Assembly: GCF_009834535.1 (NCBI RefSeq)
Contig: NC_045697.1
Coordinates: forward strand, 20,524,001 to 20,588,000
Source: Camelus ferus
Taxonomy: Eukaryota
Reading direction: 5' to 3'
DNA: 64,000 nt
The notes beneath the pieces were generated by a model. That model saw nothing but the letters and a program-made list of their open reading frames with translations. It ran no database searches and was not told the DNA's origin. Positions 12,694 through 26,075 of the stretch are shown here, piece by piece (the first letter of the stretch is position 1; each line of letters begins with the position of its first letter). The position numbers were made by a program, and so were the translations under genes.

Positions 12694-15600
12694 CCCGTGG
12701 AATCCTGAAACGCAATCAGCAGTCTCCCCTTGATTCTTCAGCATTTGGCAGTGCACTCCTTGGCCGCTGCTCAGCGCGCCCCTTACACTCAACTGAGAAT
12801 GTGTTGGTTCTGCTAGACAAACAGCTGTCGTTGAAGCCCACCGAAGCGAAATATGTTTATTGTCACACATTTCAGAGACACCAGAATCAGGAGTTAGAGC
12901 CACCACTCCATTCAAATGTCCCTGCAAATCTACACTATTTGGGTTAAAGTCTGCAAATGGTACTTTTTTTTTTTCTTTAAAAATGTTCTCAGTTGATATT
13001 AAATGCATCAGAAACTATTCTGAGGCAAGACACTAAAAGTATGTTGTTCATTAAACATGTAAAGAGGACACTGAAATTTAGGTCATGGTTATACAAATAA
13101 CATACTGGGATTTTAATTAGAAATGTAATATGAGTAGCTGTGCTGTTAACACTCCCAATTTGGAAATGAATTAAAATATTTTAAGAGAAGTTTCATGGAA
13201 AAAAAAATCAAACATATAACTTTGGCTTGATTAAAGGGAGTTTTCAAAAAATAAAAAAAATTTCCTGTATTGGCCACGATGCTCATTTTGACTCCTCATG
13301 ATTATCAAGATATTCTGGTTGCATTGATTTCTTTGCCTTCTCACTGCTTCTGCTCATTTAAGCAGCTTCTCCAGCATGTGAAAGGAGAGAAATTAAAACT
13401 CTAATCAACCTGGCTTATTACTTACAGATTTATAATAAAATCAAAACCCAAAATGAGTTCTTGCTATTTGTAAGTTTCATTTATTAAGGAATCATTTACT
13501 TTGACACATAATAATAATATAACAAAACTAGACACAATAAGAAAACCAGTAATTTGCCAGTAATTTGGCATCACAGCACTTTCTTACAGCCCTGTTCCAT
13601 GCGTGGTAGGATCACTGAAATAATAATTGTTTATAGCGGTAATAAGTACAATCTGAACTGAAGTCACCACATTTGGAGGCACACACACAAAAATGCCATT
13701 TTTCAAAAAAAAAAAATCATCTTAAGGTTGTTCTTCATCTTGTTGTTTGTTGTTGTTTTACTTTGTGTTTTGGAAATTAGTACAATAAAGACACAACAAA
13801 AGCTCCGGAGTCCTGGAAATGGTTAGAAAACATTAATTTCAGCAGTTAATGGGAATTCAGTATGACCAGCTATTTAGTGTTATTCATTAGTATTTATTTT
13901 TGTTGCTGGTTTGACTTTTACATTTGGAAATGCATCTATGAGGCATTACATTGCAATGCATTCTCTGCAGAAACCTTCATAAATATTCTTTATAGCATCT
14001 TTGTTTGCATTTCCTTCAATTGCACCAATCTATCCTTGTCCCTATTCCCTGTACACTTTAAATTTATTCATCCAAAATGGACTACAAAGCCTGTAAAACT
14101 TTGAAGTCTAAGTGTTGCTATAGGAGACTTCTTTTAGCATCTTTCTCCTATTATCTCATATTTTTCTTACTGTTCCCAGTCAGAGAAGTTCTTTCTGCTT
14201 TACATGTTTAAGCCGTTTCTTCAACAAGCTAAACTTAAATATTAAATTTAAATATTTATCATGGCATTAATATTTTTAGCACTGCCGTGTGCTAAGTGGC
14301 TGATGCTGGTGTCTGTGACTTGTTAGGGATGTTGACTCCTTTTGATCTTCCAGATCACATCTAGTCTGAAGGCCTTCATTATTATTAATTTAGTGGCTCT
14401 GGCTGAGAACTTTGAATCAAATTAGTTAATGAAAAATTAAAATGTAAAGGTTACTGAAAATATTCTGTCTTGTTTTCTTTACTTGGTTGAAAGGGATGAG
14501 GAGAAATTTTGATATTTCACGATAGCTAGTGCTACATGGTGTGGTGTGTCCTACATCTACTCAGGTGAGTTAGACTTTGTGATGGTTCATCTGTGATGGT
14601 GCAGTGGTTCCAGGGGTCTATGACCTTGGCATTTGGATTTGGTCTTTCAGGGGTAGGGGGCATAACTTACGTGTTTTCCCCTCCAAATTCTTAACGGCTT
14701 AAGGCCATTCTGTTTCAAAGTGTTAAACCTCGGGGGACCTGGGGCTGGCTTATTAGCAATTTCAGGTGAGCCAGAAGAACTAACTGTATGTACTTTACAA
14801 ATCTCTGTAACATTATAAGGATACTATATAACATTATAAAGATGTTATGTTCTAAAGTGGATCACAACGTTTATGTTTCAAAATGAGACCTAGTAGAACA
14901 TAATGAGATGAATTGAAGTTTTAAAGGTGTTTTTCGTTTGTTTGTTTTTTTAACATAGCATTAGGGGCATTTGTTCTCACATATTCGACCCCTCCCTTTC
15001 TGATGTGCTGAACCTGTAACCACCCTGACTCAGAGTACAGTTATCTGAATATCCGGGAAAGGAGAACTTCCTTTTGGTAGAAGGGAGGTGATTTTGCTAT
15101 TAACTTTTTACCATATCTTCTTCCCTGTGATTATACTTTGGGGAATTCTATGGCTTGGATGCTCTCCTTTATAAAAGAACACAAGATAGGAACCAAAAGT
15201 GAACGTACCAGCAGTCCCCTCTGGTACTCCTCTCTGCCTAATGCTGCATTTGGGGAAAGTGGTATTTTTAACAGTTCAATGGCAATAATAATATAAAAAA
15301 ACCTCCACTAAAATCCAATAAAAATCCCACTTAATAGGAGTATGGTGTGAGGGGTAAGAAAGGGTTTTTGGGAGATACTCTCACAAATTTTAATATAGAA
15401 GCAAGACACCAGGCTCCAGTGTCTTTCACTAGGAGTCTGCAATTTCAATAAACTTATAATCTCATCACTGACTCTTAACGTTTTTGTTATATCAGAGACA
15501 ACACAAAACCGCTATATATATTTATCAAGCAAGATGTTGCACCATAAATGACCCATCAGTGTTTCTATGAACATAGAAACTGTGTCTAGCATGTTCAATT

Positions 15601-17355
15601 AACCCCAAATTTTAATCCAAGAGAAATAGCATTTTGATAGCCTTTCCCACAAACCTAGCCCTCAATTATGCTTGTGAAAGGCAAGCACGACTCATCTGTC
15701 AGGTCCATTGCTCCATGTGGATATTTTAAACTGTTTTCCTCAAAGGTGAGAGGAGTGCAAGACACTTAAGCGTCTGTGGGTCCTGACTAGTACATACATG
15801 GTGAATGCTCACAGTCTCAAGAATGATTCTTTCCCCGAGCATTACTTTTCTGAGAAATTGTCAAAATGTGCTTGAATAGAAGTCACTTCTTTTATTGTTA
15901 AAATCACATGCTAAAAACAGTGAGCTACATGGCAATTTCATGTGCATCCGATTGCCAGTAAAGTCTTGAACTGTAAAAATATCACTGGTACAGCTAAAGG
16001 GGCTTTGGATTTTGTTCTTGTCTGCTGTTTAGCATTTGAGGGACAGTCAGCTCTCAAGTAAGCATCTGCACTATAAAACCATATTAATAAAAGAGTAAAT
16101 AGCATTATGATTATTGTTATTATCATTATCTTTGTTTTAATCCTGTGTTGGTGGTTCTGGGCATAGAAATCAACAGTGGGGAATTTTTTTTTTTCTGTAT
16201 TATTTAAAGTAAATTTTCCCCCCCAATTTTTATTTAATTTTGTTTTCCAGAATATTTAAGATTCTATAGACATTAGGTATTTTTTTTCTTTTCAATAAAC
16301 ATGGACTTTAGGAGGATGTATACCTTGCATAAATTTTACTTATGTAGTGACAGAAAAAGTCACAAACTTCACCATTACCTCACTGTTTGCTAAGTTGATC
16401 AGATAGCACAGCCACAGCCCCACTCTAATCCCATCTCCGAATAACAAACAAAACAAAACAAACAAAAAACAGAGGAAAAAAACTTTACACAGAGATACAT
16501 GCTTTACCCAATTGAATTTATGCCCAGCTAACGAAATGTCAAGGCCCCTTTATCCTGAGCCATGTTTGTTATTTCAAACAATACAATTTTTAAAAAATGT
16601 TTTTAAATTTTCATTTTGTGATTCACAATGTTGTGTTAGAGCGCGCTGAGGCAGAGAGTAAAAACACTTTTTAAGCATGGCAATCGCCCGTGTAAGAAAG
16701 GAACCTGAGTGCGTGTGATTTGCACTGTCCTTAGAGAAAGGCAGATTGCTCAGAGCTGTGCTTTATGAAGACAATCATTTGGCATCTTGATGGTTTGTCA
16801 TGCTGCTTAATCTCTTCCGTGGGTCAATTTGATTCAACGGAACATTTCTGGAAAATGTAACTATCTTCAAAGGATCTAAATAATCCATAGACACTGGAGT
16901 TGTGACATATGCTAGTATTAACGACTCCAGTCATTGCCTAGACAAAAGTAACAGTAAATATATCCCTTAAAAAGCACTTAAATTACCCATAAAATATAGA
17001 TGTTATCTGATATACTCTCAATTACAAACCAGGGGTTTGATGCTTGTAAAATGACAGATGAACTTAAGAGTTCTTAAGATGTTCTAATTATAGTTATAGC
17101 TAGTGATTACAGCTAACAATTATAGAGCCTTTTCTCTGAGACAGAAAAACACACTGGCATATAATAAATGCCACAAAACTTTTAGGTATTATTATTGTTA
17201 TGTTTATGATGATTATTCCTAGTTGAGAGTTCTTTGCACTCTATCAAGTCTTGATGTTTTTCATTTTCCCACTCTTCATCAACTATATTATCTTATTCCT
17301 ATTTCACTCTCTCTCCTTTAACCCTACCAGGTAGTTCCTGAATAAAACACAGCAA

Positions 17356-18190
17356 GAGAAATGGATTTACTCTGAAATTAATAAAGCATCAATTTCAGGG
17401 CTCCACTCGAATGGACCCCTTCCAAAACCTTGTCAGGACCTTAGCAATGAGTGGGTTGTGTTTATTTGCAAGCTCTTAAAATACAATATTTTAGCTGATC
17501 AGTTAAGAATACTATCCCCTACTCCAAGTTCCCTTAATTTTCTGCTGTCAGAGTGGTCTTGGGATATTTTTTCCTTGATTAAAGTAAAGAGATGTTGAGT
17601 TGGAGATTCATTTAATTTAAATTTAATAGGGTATATTTATGTGGTCCATGTATGCATAGTCAGCTAGCCATCCTGGTATAGGTATGACTCCTAAGAACAC
17701 TTGTAACAGGCACTGTGTTGATTCAGTATATTAAGACTCTAAGATTATGACCTGAGGTGTAACTGCAAAGTATACAGCTGATGGAGAAAAAACAAAGTTG
17801 GAAATGTCCAGAGGCAGAAGTTCTTGAGCCTTCTCCAATCATCAGACATGTAAGATAATAAGTGATCAATTTAGTTATATTAAATATCTAATTACACAGA
17901 AGTTCTTTTTTTGATAGAGGTTTTCCTGATTTGATAGCATTTTTTAAAGTACACATCTCATCTACAGTAGAATTACAAAGTGAAGGAAATTTACCACGTT
18001 TTGTTATCTATAAAAAAACACAAATTTTGATCAGCCTCAGAAGAGGACAGTCTACATTATCTTTGTATTTTAAGTGTAAAAAACAATGTTGTAAACTCAT
18101 TTGAAGAAGTAATCCATGTACAGCCAAAGAGCTGGGAAAAAGAGAAGTGCCAGTCAGTTAAAAGATAATGTTCTTTTTCTGTGTTCTGTC
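17356..18190 (+). mobile_element. hAT-Tip100 DNA transposon, Zaphod/MER115-like, internally deleted
   Basis: Left end tggatttactctgaaattaataaagcatcaatttcagggctcc...ccccttccaaaacctt...cttagcaatg matches the recalled MER115 start. From 18001 it translates LLSIKKHKF*SASEEDSLHYLCILSVKNNVVNSFEEVI, resembling the hAT C-terminal dimerisation domain. Confidence 0.75.
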
Positions 18191-20223
18191 TTTTGGTATT
18201 TGCTATCTTGTTTGTGTATTTTCAGTTTTCTCAAAGGCTGAGATATCTGGCCTTCTTGGAATCCCCCTCCAGCACTAATGTGTTTTATTAAAGATTGAGC
18301 TTGGTAACCACAACCAGAGAACAGTTTTTCTCTAGTTGTGAACCTCTTTGAAGAGGTTGTAAAACAAGAGCCTCTATCTTTGACTTGAATTTGGTTATAA
18401 TGGGCAGCCTATTTATGCATGAAGTCCAACTGAAACTGAAACCAAGGAATTACCTTTGTTCCCCCGAATTTACCGTAGGACATTCTGTTCCTAACTGCTG
18501 TTTTAAACCTCAACACCTAATGTCAGTGGGGAGATACTCTCATTAGGAGCACACATTGTAGACATTTTGAAAGTATGCATGCTCAAAACCTCAGTCCTAC
18601 AAATATTTGCCTAAAACCAGGTAGAACAAGCTTGAATCTGTCAGGCCACAGGAGACGAAAGGGTATATAATCACTGGCTGGCACATTTCATGGTCTCAAG
18701 TCCCATGCCTTCGCCTTTTCTTTTTCTTCTCATTTAGATGTTGACCTAAAAAGGTATAGATCATTCTTAAATGTGATTTCAGCTCAGCTACCAGCCTACA
18801 CTTGGGACTTGGAAAATTATTATTGTTAGTTCTGATAATAAAATATTCAAGAATGCTGACAGACTGCTAGGTGCAAATCCATATTAAATCTGTCTTTACT
18901 GAGTTTGTTCTAAGAAGATGCAGCACTGCATATGAAATGTAGGATTGTGGAATCCAAATAATCCAACTTATGTCAAAACTAAACAAATCACCTACCACGG
19001 TCTCAAGAAAATAATAATAATAATAGCCTGTCTAGAGCACATTATCTGTAGCAACCTGTGAACAAAATTCTTCCGTGAATACATTAGCATGCAAGTGCAG
19101 ATCTTGCCAGGTGTAGATTCTGCTTATTCTCAGTCCTCAGGTTTTTAAAATTTCTTTGATAACCTAATATACCAATTTGAGATATGAATTTACTGTCTAC
19201 GGGATTTTAAGCTTCAGAAATGCTAGATTGCCAACTTTCCAGTCTTTCTTACTCCTGCATTAATTAATGCAAACCAGTGTGATGAGTTCCACAGGGTTCC
19301 ACTGGCAGTTGCCTGAAGTACAGCCTGCTTGCCATCTATTCTATAACGGAAAAGTTGAATGTAGAAACTCAGAAAGTGGGATGTTATAAATATCTCCTTC
19401 ACCATCCCTTGCAAGTAGATTAAAGTCAGTGACAGAGAGCAGAGTAAACTTCAGTTAGAGAAATCATCTTCCTATTAGGAAGAAGTGTGGTGTCCATTTG
19501 GACTCTCCTTCTCAAAATTATCCTAAGGGACTTGGACAGGACCAGAACGGAATAATGAGAATTATTAGGCAGGGGGAAATCTGGCCTTCTTCTACTCTAG
19601 TAGACCTGTGCGTAATTATACCCAACACCCATACCTACCGACAGTTGCGTTTTACTTCAGCTGAAAGGATAGAAGTTGAAGTGGGAACTTTAGTTAATAC
19701 CTCAAGATGTTTTTGCTTGATAAGAATGAAAAGTAATTAACTATATTTAAAACATGTAGTAATCATAATATTTGGTAGCCGTTTTTAGGATTGCATTCTC
19801 GATACATTGAGAATGAGTGACATCGGATTTGAAGACTGCACCACAAAAGTAGTTAAGCCTGCATCTTCTCTGATGCTATTTCTTTTATGCAGTAGTTCCT
19901 GGGTTCTTTATGACTGATTCAGATTTTATAAGGATCCTTTTGATGCCTCTGGTCATCTTGATGTTCAAGGTCATGGCTGATTTTTCTGAAAATTTGAAGT
20001 TTGTTACTATTTCTGTCACTACCCTTGACATCCTTGAGTCGGGAACAGCAAGCTCTTAGCCACTGGTGGAGGCAGAGCCTTCCTGCCCACCACACAGCAT
20101 CAGAGTGGCTCCAGGCTTAGCGAGAAATCCTGGAGAACCAGGCCCTACGCAGTCTGATGTGGAACCGGGGACATAATTGACATTTTTGATTTGCAATGTC
20201 TTTTTTTCCAGGAGTCTTTTAAT

Positions 20224-20880
20224 TTCATTCAATTCTAATCAACTGATTGTTTTGTAAACTCCAGCTCTGCAGCAGGCATTACGCTGAGAATAAAACACAA
20301 TCCTGCCTTCAAGCAGATCATATCCTCTTCTATAAAACAGACAAATATACCAACAGTAAAACGCATACTATAGTGGCAATTTGCTCCAGTGGTTGCTTCT
20401 GAGAGCAACCAGTTATGGGACACCTCTCTCAGCCCGGGTGAATCAAAGAAAACATCATGAGTGGGTAATAGACGGGCTTAGTCTTGAAGGATGAGTAGGT
20501 ATTAGGGACTGAGAGATGAAAGAGAAATACAGAAAGAGAGCAACATGTATAAATCTCAGCCAGCTTCTTGAAGAGTCATGATTGTGGGGGAAGAAGTGCA
20601 AATAGCTTAAACTGGCACATGGAGGTGGTAAACAGAGAACATTGTATAAAGAGAGCCAGCCCTGATTTGGAGACCTGACTTTATGCTGAAACAGTGAGGA
20701 GCCATAGATGGATTTTAGGAGATACAAAAAGAAAAGCCATAATAAGATTTATATTTTAAATGCATCACTTTGGATATGTATGAAACATGGATGGAGGAAA
20801 TTAGAAGTGGAGTAGTTAAGATGAAGGAGACAAAGGAGTTAAGTGGAGTACCCTTTATTGCAAGTGCTGCAATGTAGAAA
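20224..20880 (-). mobile_element. L2 LINE 3' region
   Basis: ttcattcaa tail; aatcctgccttcaagcagatc; agtcttgaaggatgagtagg; gactttatgctgaaacagtgaggagccatagatggatttta; ttttaaatgcatcactttgga. Confidence 0.8.
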
Positions 20881-20911
20881 CCACGTGATCCTTTTAAAAG
20901 GTTAATTGACG

Positions 20912-21100
20912 ATGACAGTCCTGGGTTGCAATTCTGGTTGTGCCACTCATTACCTATGCAGTTTTAGTTAAAATATATTTAATCTCTCTAGGTCTCAGCT
21001 TCTGCTTTCTTAAATTCTTGAGGGATTAAACGCTGCAGCATAAGTGATGTTCTTGGCATAGTGCCTGGATTATATTATACAATAAATAAATGTAGGAAAT
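20912..21100 (+). mobile_element. MIR SINE
   Basis: cctgggttgcaattctggttgtgccactcattaccta...ttaatctctctaggtctcagcttc...gagggattaaa...ggcatagtgcctgga...aataaatgtag. Confidence 0.8.
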
Positions 21101-21639
21101 CCACTATTACTATTAATCCCAAAGACAATAGCAATAACAGTTAAAAAAGAACAGTTGTAAGTGATTAGTCAAATATTGTGGCAAAATGTCAGCTAATTTC
21201 AGGAGTAATATTTTTGAAAAGAGAATGTCACAAAGATGCTCCCTTGGGTAAAAACACAAGTAAAACAAAATTATCAAGAATCCCTCACGTGCAACAACAA
21301 TCATACCATAACAATGACAACAGCAACCACCAACATCAACCACAACTTGAATGAATTTGATTCTTTCTTTGTCATGACACAGAGCAAAAACCAAGAGGCA
21401 GTTTGCTGAACTGTTCACATATATAATATCATCGCAAATAGCCAATCTTCCTGTGTCATTTTACCTCGTGAATTTTACTAAAAATACAAACTCAAAAGTA
21501 GGAGGAAGCAAAAATGATTCTTCACTGATTACATGAAGAAGAGAGAAAAGAACTAGGAAAAAAAGAGATGAGGGAGTGGGAGGGAGAGTATGAATAGATA
21601 AATAGGTTTGGGGGGAAGAGATCCACGATTCCTTAGACA

Positions 21640-21795
21640 TTTTCTAGGCATGATGCACTGTTTTGCGCATAATGAATCCTTGTAACAACATTGTAAACTA
21701 TAGAAGATTGCTACTATTTTATTGACTGGGAAACAGAAATTCCAAAAGGTTACATTAGTTAGTGAAATTTACACCACTGGGAGGAAGTTGTGGTC
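21640..21795 (-). mobile_element. MIR SINE fragment
   Basis: aatccttgtaacaacattgtaaa...tattttattgactgggaaacagaaattccaaaaggtta. Confidence 0.55.
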
Positions 21796-23159
21796 AAAAC
21801 AAAGAAAAAAATAAATGTATACAAACCAAATGAGCTCCAGAGTGAATCTGCTCATGGCTGAATCTGAAGTGTTGGAGATTCTTCTGAGAGGTTTGACTTA
21901 ACTGGATTTGCAGGCAAATAGTGCTGTAGAGTCAAACAGTCCTTTGGATAAATGTGTTCTTCCAGAGTGTTTAGTAAAAATCCACTCACCTGAATAAATG
22001 CCCTGATTAATAGTCAATCAAAAATAGTTTAAGGAATGGGAGTTATCTGATCAATTGTTGCTGTTGGCTGGCCCTGTGTATACACAATATTATCTTATTT
22101 AAAATTATTGCCTAGCTACATTAGGTCAGGTAGAGAGGATGGTTGATTCCCATAGGGTAAACTATTTCTCAACAGAAAATCCTTTGGTGAGGAATCACCG
22201 AAGACTATGGTGAATGAACATAAAAATTTAAAATCCCTACATTAAGACAAAAGAAAAAAATACTGCCAGAGGCAGTTTGCAAAGAAATTACATCGGGGTG
22301 CAGTGAAGAGAATCCTAAGAGGAAAAGGGTTCATTCAATGAGTGAGCTCTTTAGGGGAGCTATTATTTGATTAAGCAAGCTATTTATTTAAATAGAGTAT
22401 GCTATAGGACTAGTTTAATCCAGGTCCTGAAGGCTATTTTAATGGGTCTGAGGAGTGCTTCTGAAAAAACATACCTGATTTTTTGATCACTCCAAATTTA
22501 ATCACAGAGATAAACCCCTTTACTGAAAATCTTGTTAAGCTTCTGGTCAGGTTGAGAGGACATGTCCAAGAGAAGTTGAGAACTATAAAGTTTAATCTGG
22601 TCCTAGGTAGCCTTTCAATTGAAGAATGTAAGGATCTCAGAAGCAATGGGAAAGTAATATCGGATTTTAATGACATCTGTTGAAAAAGACATATCAATAG
22701 GGAAAGAAAAATAAAATTAGGGATCTCCTTTAGATCCAGATGGTAACTTTGATGTAAACCTAAGTAGCCCGGTCAAAGATGGAGACCACATGGACTGTTG
22801 CACAATTTAGTCAAACCAGTTCTGACCGATGTACACTTTTTGGAAATTATGTTTTCATCTCATGAGCTTAGAGGGAATTTTTAAGGCTAAAAGAACAACG
22901 AATGAATATGCAAAGAAGATCTCACATCTATATTTGAAAATGTTCAAAAGTGATAATATATGCGCCCTGTATTCAGCTCATGTGCCTTATTCTAGCTCTT
23001 TTAGTTGTATGTGGTCTGTGTTCTTTTTAATTGGTGGTCATCCTGTATCAGTTGTCACTAACTCTGAATGTCATCTGGCAATGAGAGATACTATTTGTTT
23101 TCAAACAGACAACTTGAACATTTGTTTAAAGTAAAGAAAAATGCACTGAAGTATCAACA

Positions 23160-23320
23160 CTGTATTTTAAAAGACACTTTGGGAGGGATATTGGATTGTG
23201 AAAGAGAATGAAATGGGAAAAAACCAAGGTGACTATGTGTACTTTCCGGCTGCTTTGAGTATTTGTAACAGGTATGTGCATTCATGTATTATTACTATAA
23301 ATTTAAAAATTAAATATATA
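23160..23320 (+). mobile_element. Old L1 (L1ME4-like) 3' end
   Basis: tttgtaacaggtatgtgcattcatgtattattactataaatttaaaaat. Confidence 0.45.
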
Positions 23321-23939
23321 ATAAATCTATGAACAATAAGCAATAGGCAGAATTATAAACTACAGGGGTTAATTCCCAGGGTTATTTTCTACAGGAAACT
23401 AATGGACAAAATCTTTAAACACTTGGTATGTGACTCTGTTTTTTGATCAGTGACTTTAATTCATGTCCTCTATGGACCAGTCAAGATGGATACAGCTTCT
23501 TTTCCAAAGGGAAACTCATAATTTATTATATATTTATGTAAGGAGACAGTGACCCTCCTTGGAAAGGGTTACAGAAGTAATTGCTGATTTTCTATCCACA
23601 TACCACAGTGAAAACTAAGACATAGTTACCTATTGAGATTACTACAACTCTAACTGAAGAATGAGGCCGTAACAATTTGAATTTTCAAAACGTGTACAAA
23701 TAAGGTTTAAGAAATTGAGCATGTGATCAAAACTTCCTTTCAGTTAACCTGAGAACCCACATCAAAAGCACTCAGTGCCCCATGATCTTTAAGAAGAGAA
23801 ACAAAGAACAGATGAGTCAATTTTAGGAAATAAATGTCTGTATCCCCATGGGGGTAATCTTCACCCAGCACAACAGAAATGATTGTTTCCTTGGAAATTG
23901 GTAGGATGATCCCTTCTAAGGACTTAGGCTATTTTATAA

Positions 23940-25150
23940 TACTATATGCAGGCAACAGATACAAATATGAAATGTTATATTTATTCAAAAAAATAGGAGT
24001 GGCTATATTAATATCAGATACAGTAGACTTCAGGTTAAAGAAAATTACCAGAGACAGAGAGGGGCATTTATAATATAATAGTAATTACATCTGGAAGACC
24101 TAGCCGAACTGCAATATATGTGAAACCACAGTTGGTAGAACTGAAAGGAGACATAGACAAATACACAGTTAAATTTGGAAAGCCAATATCCTTCTAAACA
24201 ATAGTCAAAATTAGCAAGGATTTAGATGAATTTAAGAACACCATCAACCAATAGCATGGGATTAAGAATTATAGAGCACTCCACCAAAAAGAGCAGAATA
24301 TATATAATAATTATCAATTGCCCCAGAAGACATAGGAAGATAGATTTTATATAGTGCCATAAAACAAACTTGAAAAAATTTTGAATTATTTTTATCATGC
24401 AGTGTTCTCCAGTGACAATGATATCAAATTTAAAAACAAAAAAATTAAAGAAAATACCCAAACACTTCCAAACAGAACCACACACTACTAAATAATCTAT
24501 GAATCAAAGAAGAAGTCTTAAAGGGAAATTTAAAAAAGTACATGGAACTCAAGAAAATGAAAATACTCATATTATAATTGTGGAAAGTTAAATCAGTGCC
24601 AAGAGGTAAATTTACAGCATCAATGCATGCATTAGAAACAAGGAAAAGTCTCAGATCAGTAGTTTTAACTCTTACCTCATGAAACTAGAAAAAAGGAAAA
24701 CTAAACTCAAACCAAGCAAAATAAAGAAATAATAAAGAACAGAACTTATTAAAATTGAAAACAAACAAACAGAAAAATACAGAAACTTAAGAAAACAAAG
24801 AGCTGGTTCATTAAAAGATTAATAAAATTGAAAAGTAAGTAAGATTCTAGTAAAACTGACAAGGAAAAAGAAAAAGATAAAAATTATGACTATCAGGAGT
24901 TAAAAAAAAAAGAGAGATATCACTGGAGACCCCACAGACTTCAAATGAATAATAATTCTGAACAATTCCAAAATATAAATCTGACAACTCAGATGAAATG
25001 AAATAATCCTTTGTAAAGAACTAATTACTAGACTCATGGAATATTAAATAAATAATCTGAATAGCCCTTATAACTATTAAGGAAAATGAATTCATAATTT
25101 GAATCCCTTTCAAAAAAATAATCCAACAATAGATGATTTTACTGGAGAGA
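23940..25150 (+). mobile_element. Old L1 ORF2 fragment (endonuclease to pre-RT region), pseudogenised
   Basis: ORF 23879-24073 contains KKIGVAILISDTVDFRLKKITRDREGH, an L1 endonuclease motif. Homology continues with frameshifts to gatgattttactggaga (DGFTGEF-like). Confidence 0.9.
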
Positions 25151-25280
25151 CTCTTTCAGAGTTGTCTTATGTTTGCTTTATGTGTGATAAGCATTATGTT
25201 TAATCTCCATGGTTTTTAGTTGTACTTAGCGATAGGAATAAAATAAGTGTTTCTACTCTATTTTCACAAAAATGGAAGCC
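25151..25280 (-). mobile_element. Extreme 5' end of an old L1 (L1MD-like 5' UTR), inverted
   Basis: Reverse complement reads gcttccattttt...aaatagagtagaaacacttattttattcctatcgctaagtacaactaaaaacc...agcaaacataagacaactctgaaagag, matching the recalled L1MDa-type 5' terminus. Confidence 0.65.
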
Positions 25281-26075
25281 CATAATGACTTATTTTTAAG
25301 CATCCCAGCTGGAATAAAGAGCTAATCAATTTACAAATGTAGAGAAAAACTGGTAATGTACAATGTGAGATAAAGAATCTCAGACTCTGCTTGCCAGTGG
25401 CAACCCTGTTTAAGACATAGATTTTTACAGAAGAAAAACATATTAGAGCTAGATTATGTTTTACCTATTGGAAGCATTGTGTAAATAGTTAATAACACAG
25501 ATCACTTCTGCTAACTTGGAACTCAATAGTTATTTAAATTCTACCAGATGTCAGAATGAAAATATTCATCCAGGACATAAAATGACAATAGAACACTTTA
25601 TAGATGTAGGACAATTGACTTCTTAGGTGGGAAGGCAGGAATTAAATATGTAAATGAGGTAAATAGAACAATAATGTCAAGTAAGTTCAGATGCAGAAGA
25701 GTAAGGAAGAAGATGAAACTGAATTTCTTCAATAAATTTGGGAAAGATACAGAAAAGGAGAAATTAAATAAATTATTTACATAGGAAAAGATATTAGACT
25801 GTATATGAATGTAACAAATAATATTATATCTTATTATAATACTAAATATTAGGCATCATAGAGATTTCAGTATATGTTACAGCTTTTTATTAGACTTCCC
25901 AGGACACAGTAAGGACACTGAAAACTCTAAACTGAGAAACTGAGAAACTCTATATTGATAAGAATACTTATATGTAAATAAATGCTTAAGATATTTATTT
26001 ATTCTTTATCCCAAACATGCTCGAGGTGGATTTTTGTCTTTTTTCTTAAAAATACAATTATTGTTAAATCAAATA

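Noticed and set aside
16585..16640. Very short antisense L1 tail (ttcacaatgttgtgttag)
   Set aside because: Only about 20 informative bases and no TSD; too short to list as a feature.
22434..22830. Overlapping ORFs or a possible CR1/L3 remnant
   Set aside because: Similarity too weak to call by eye; no recognisable protein motif.
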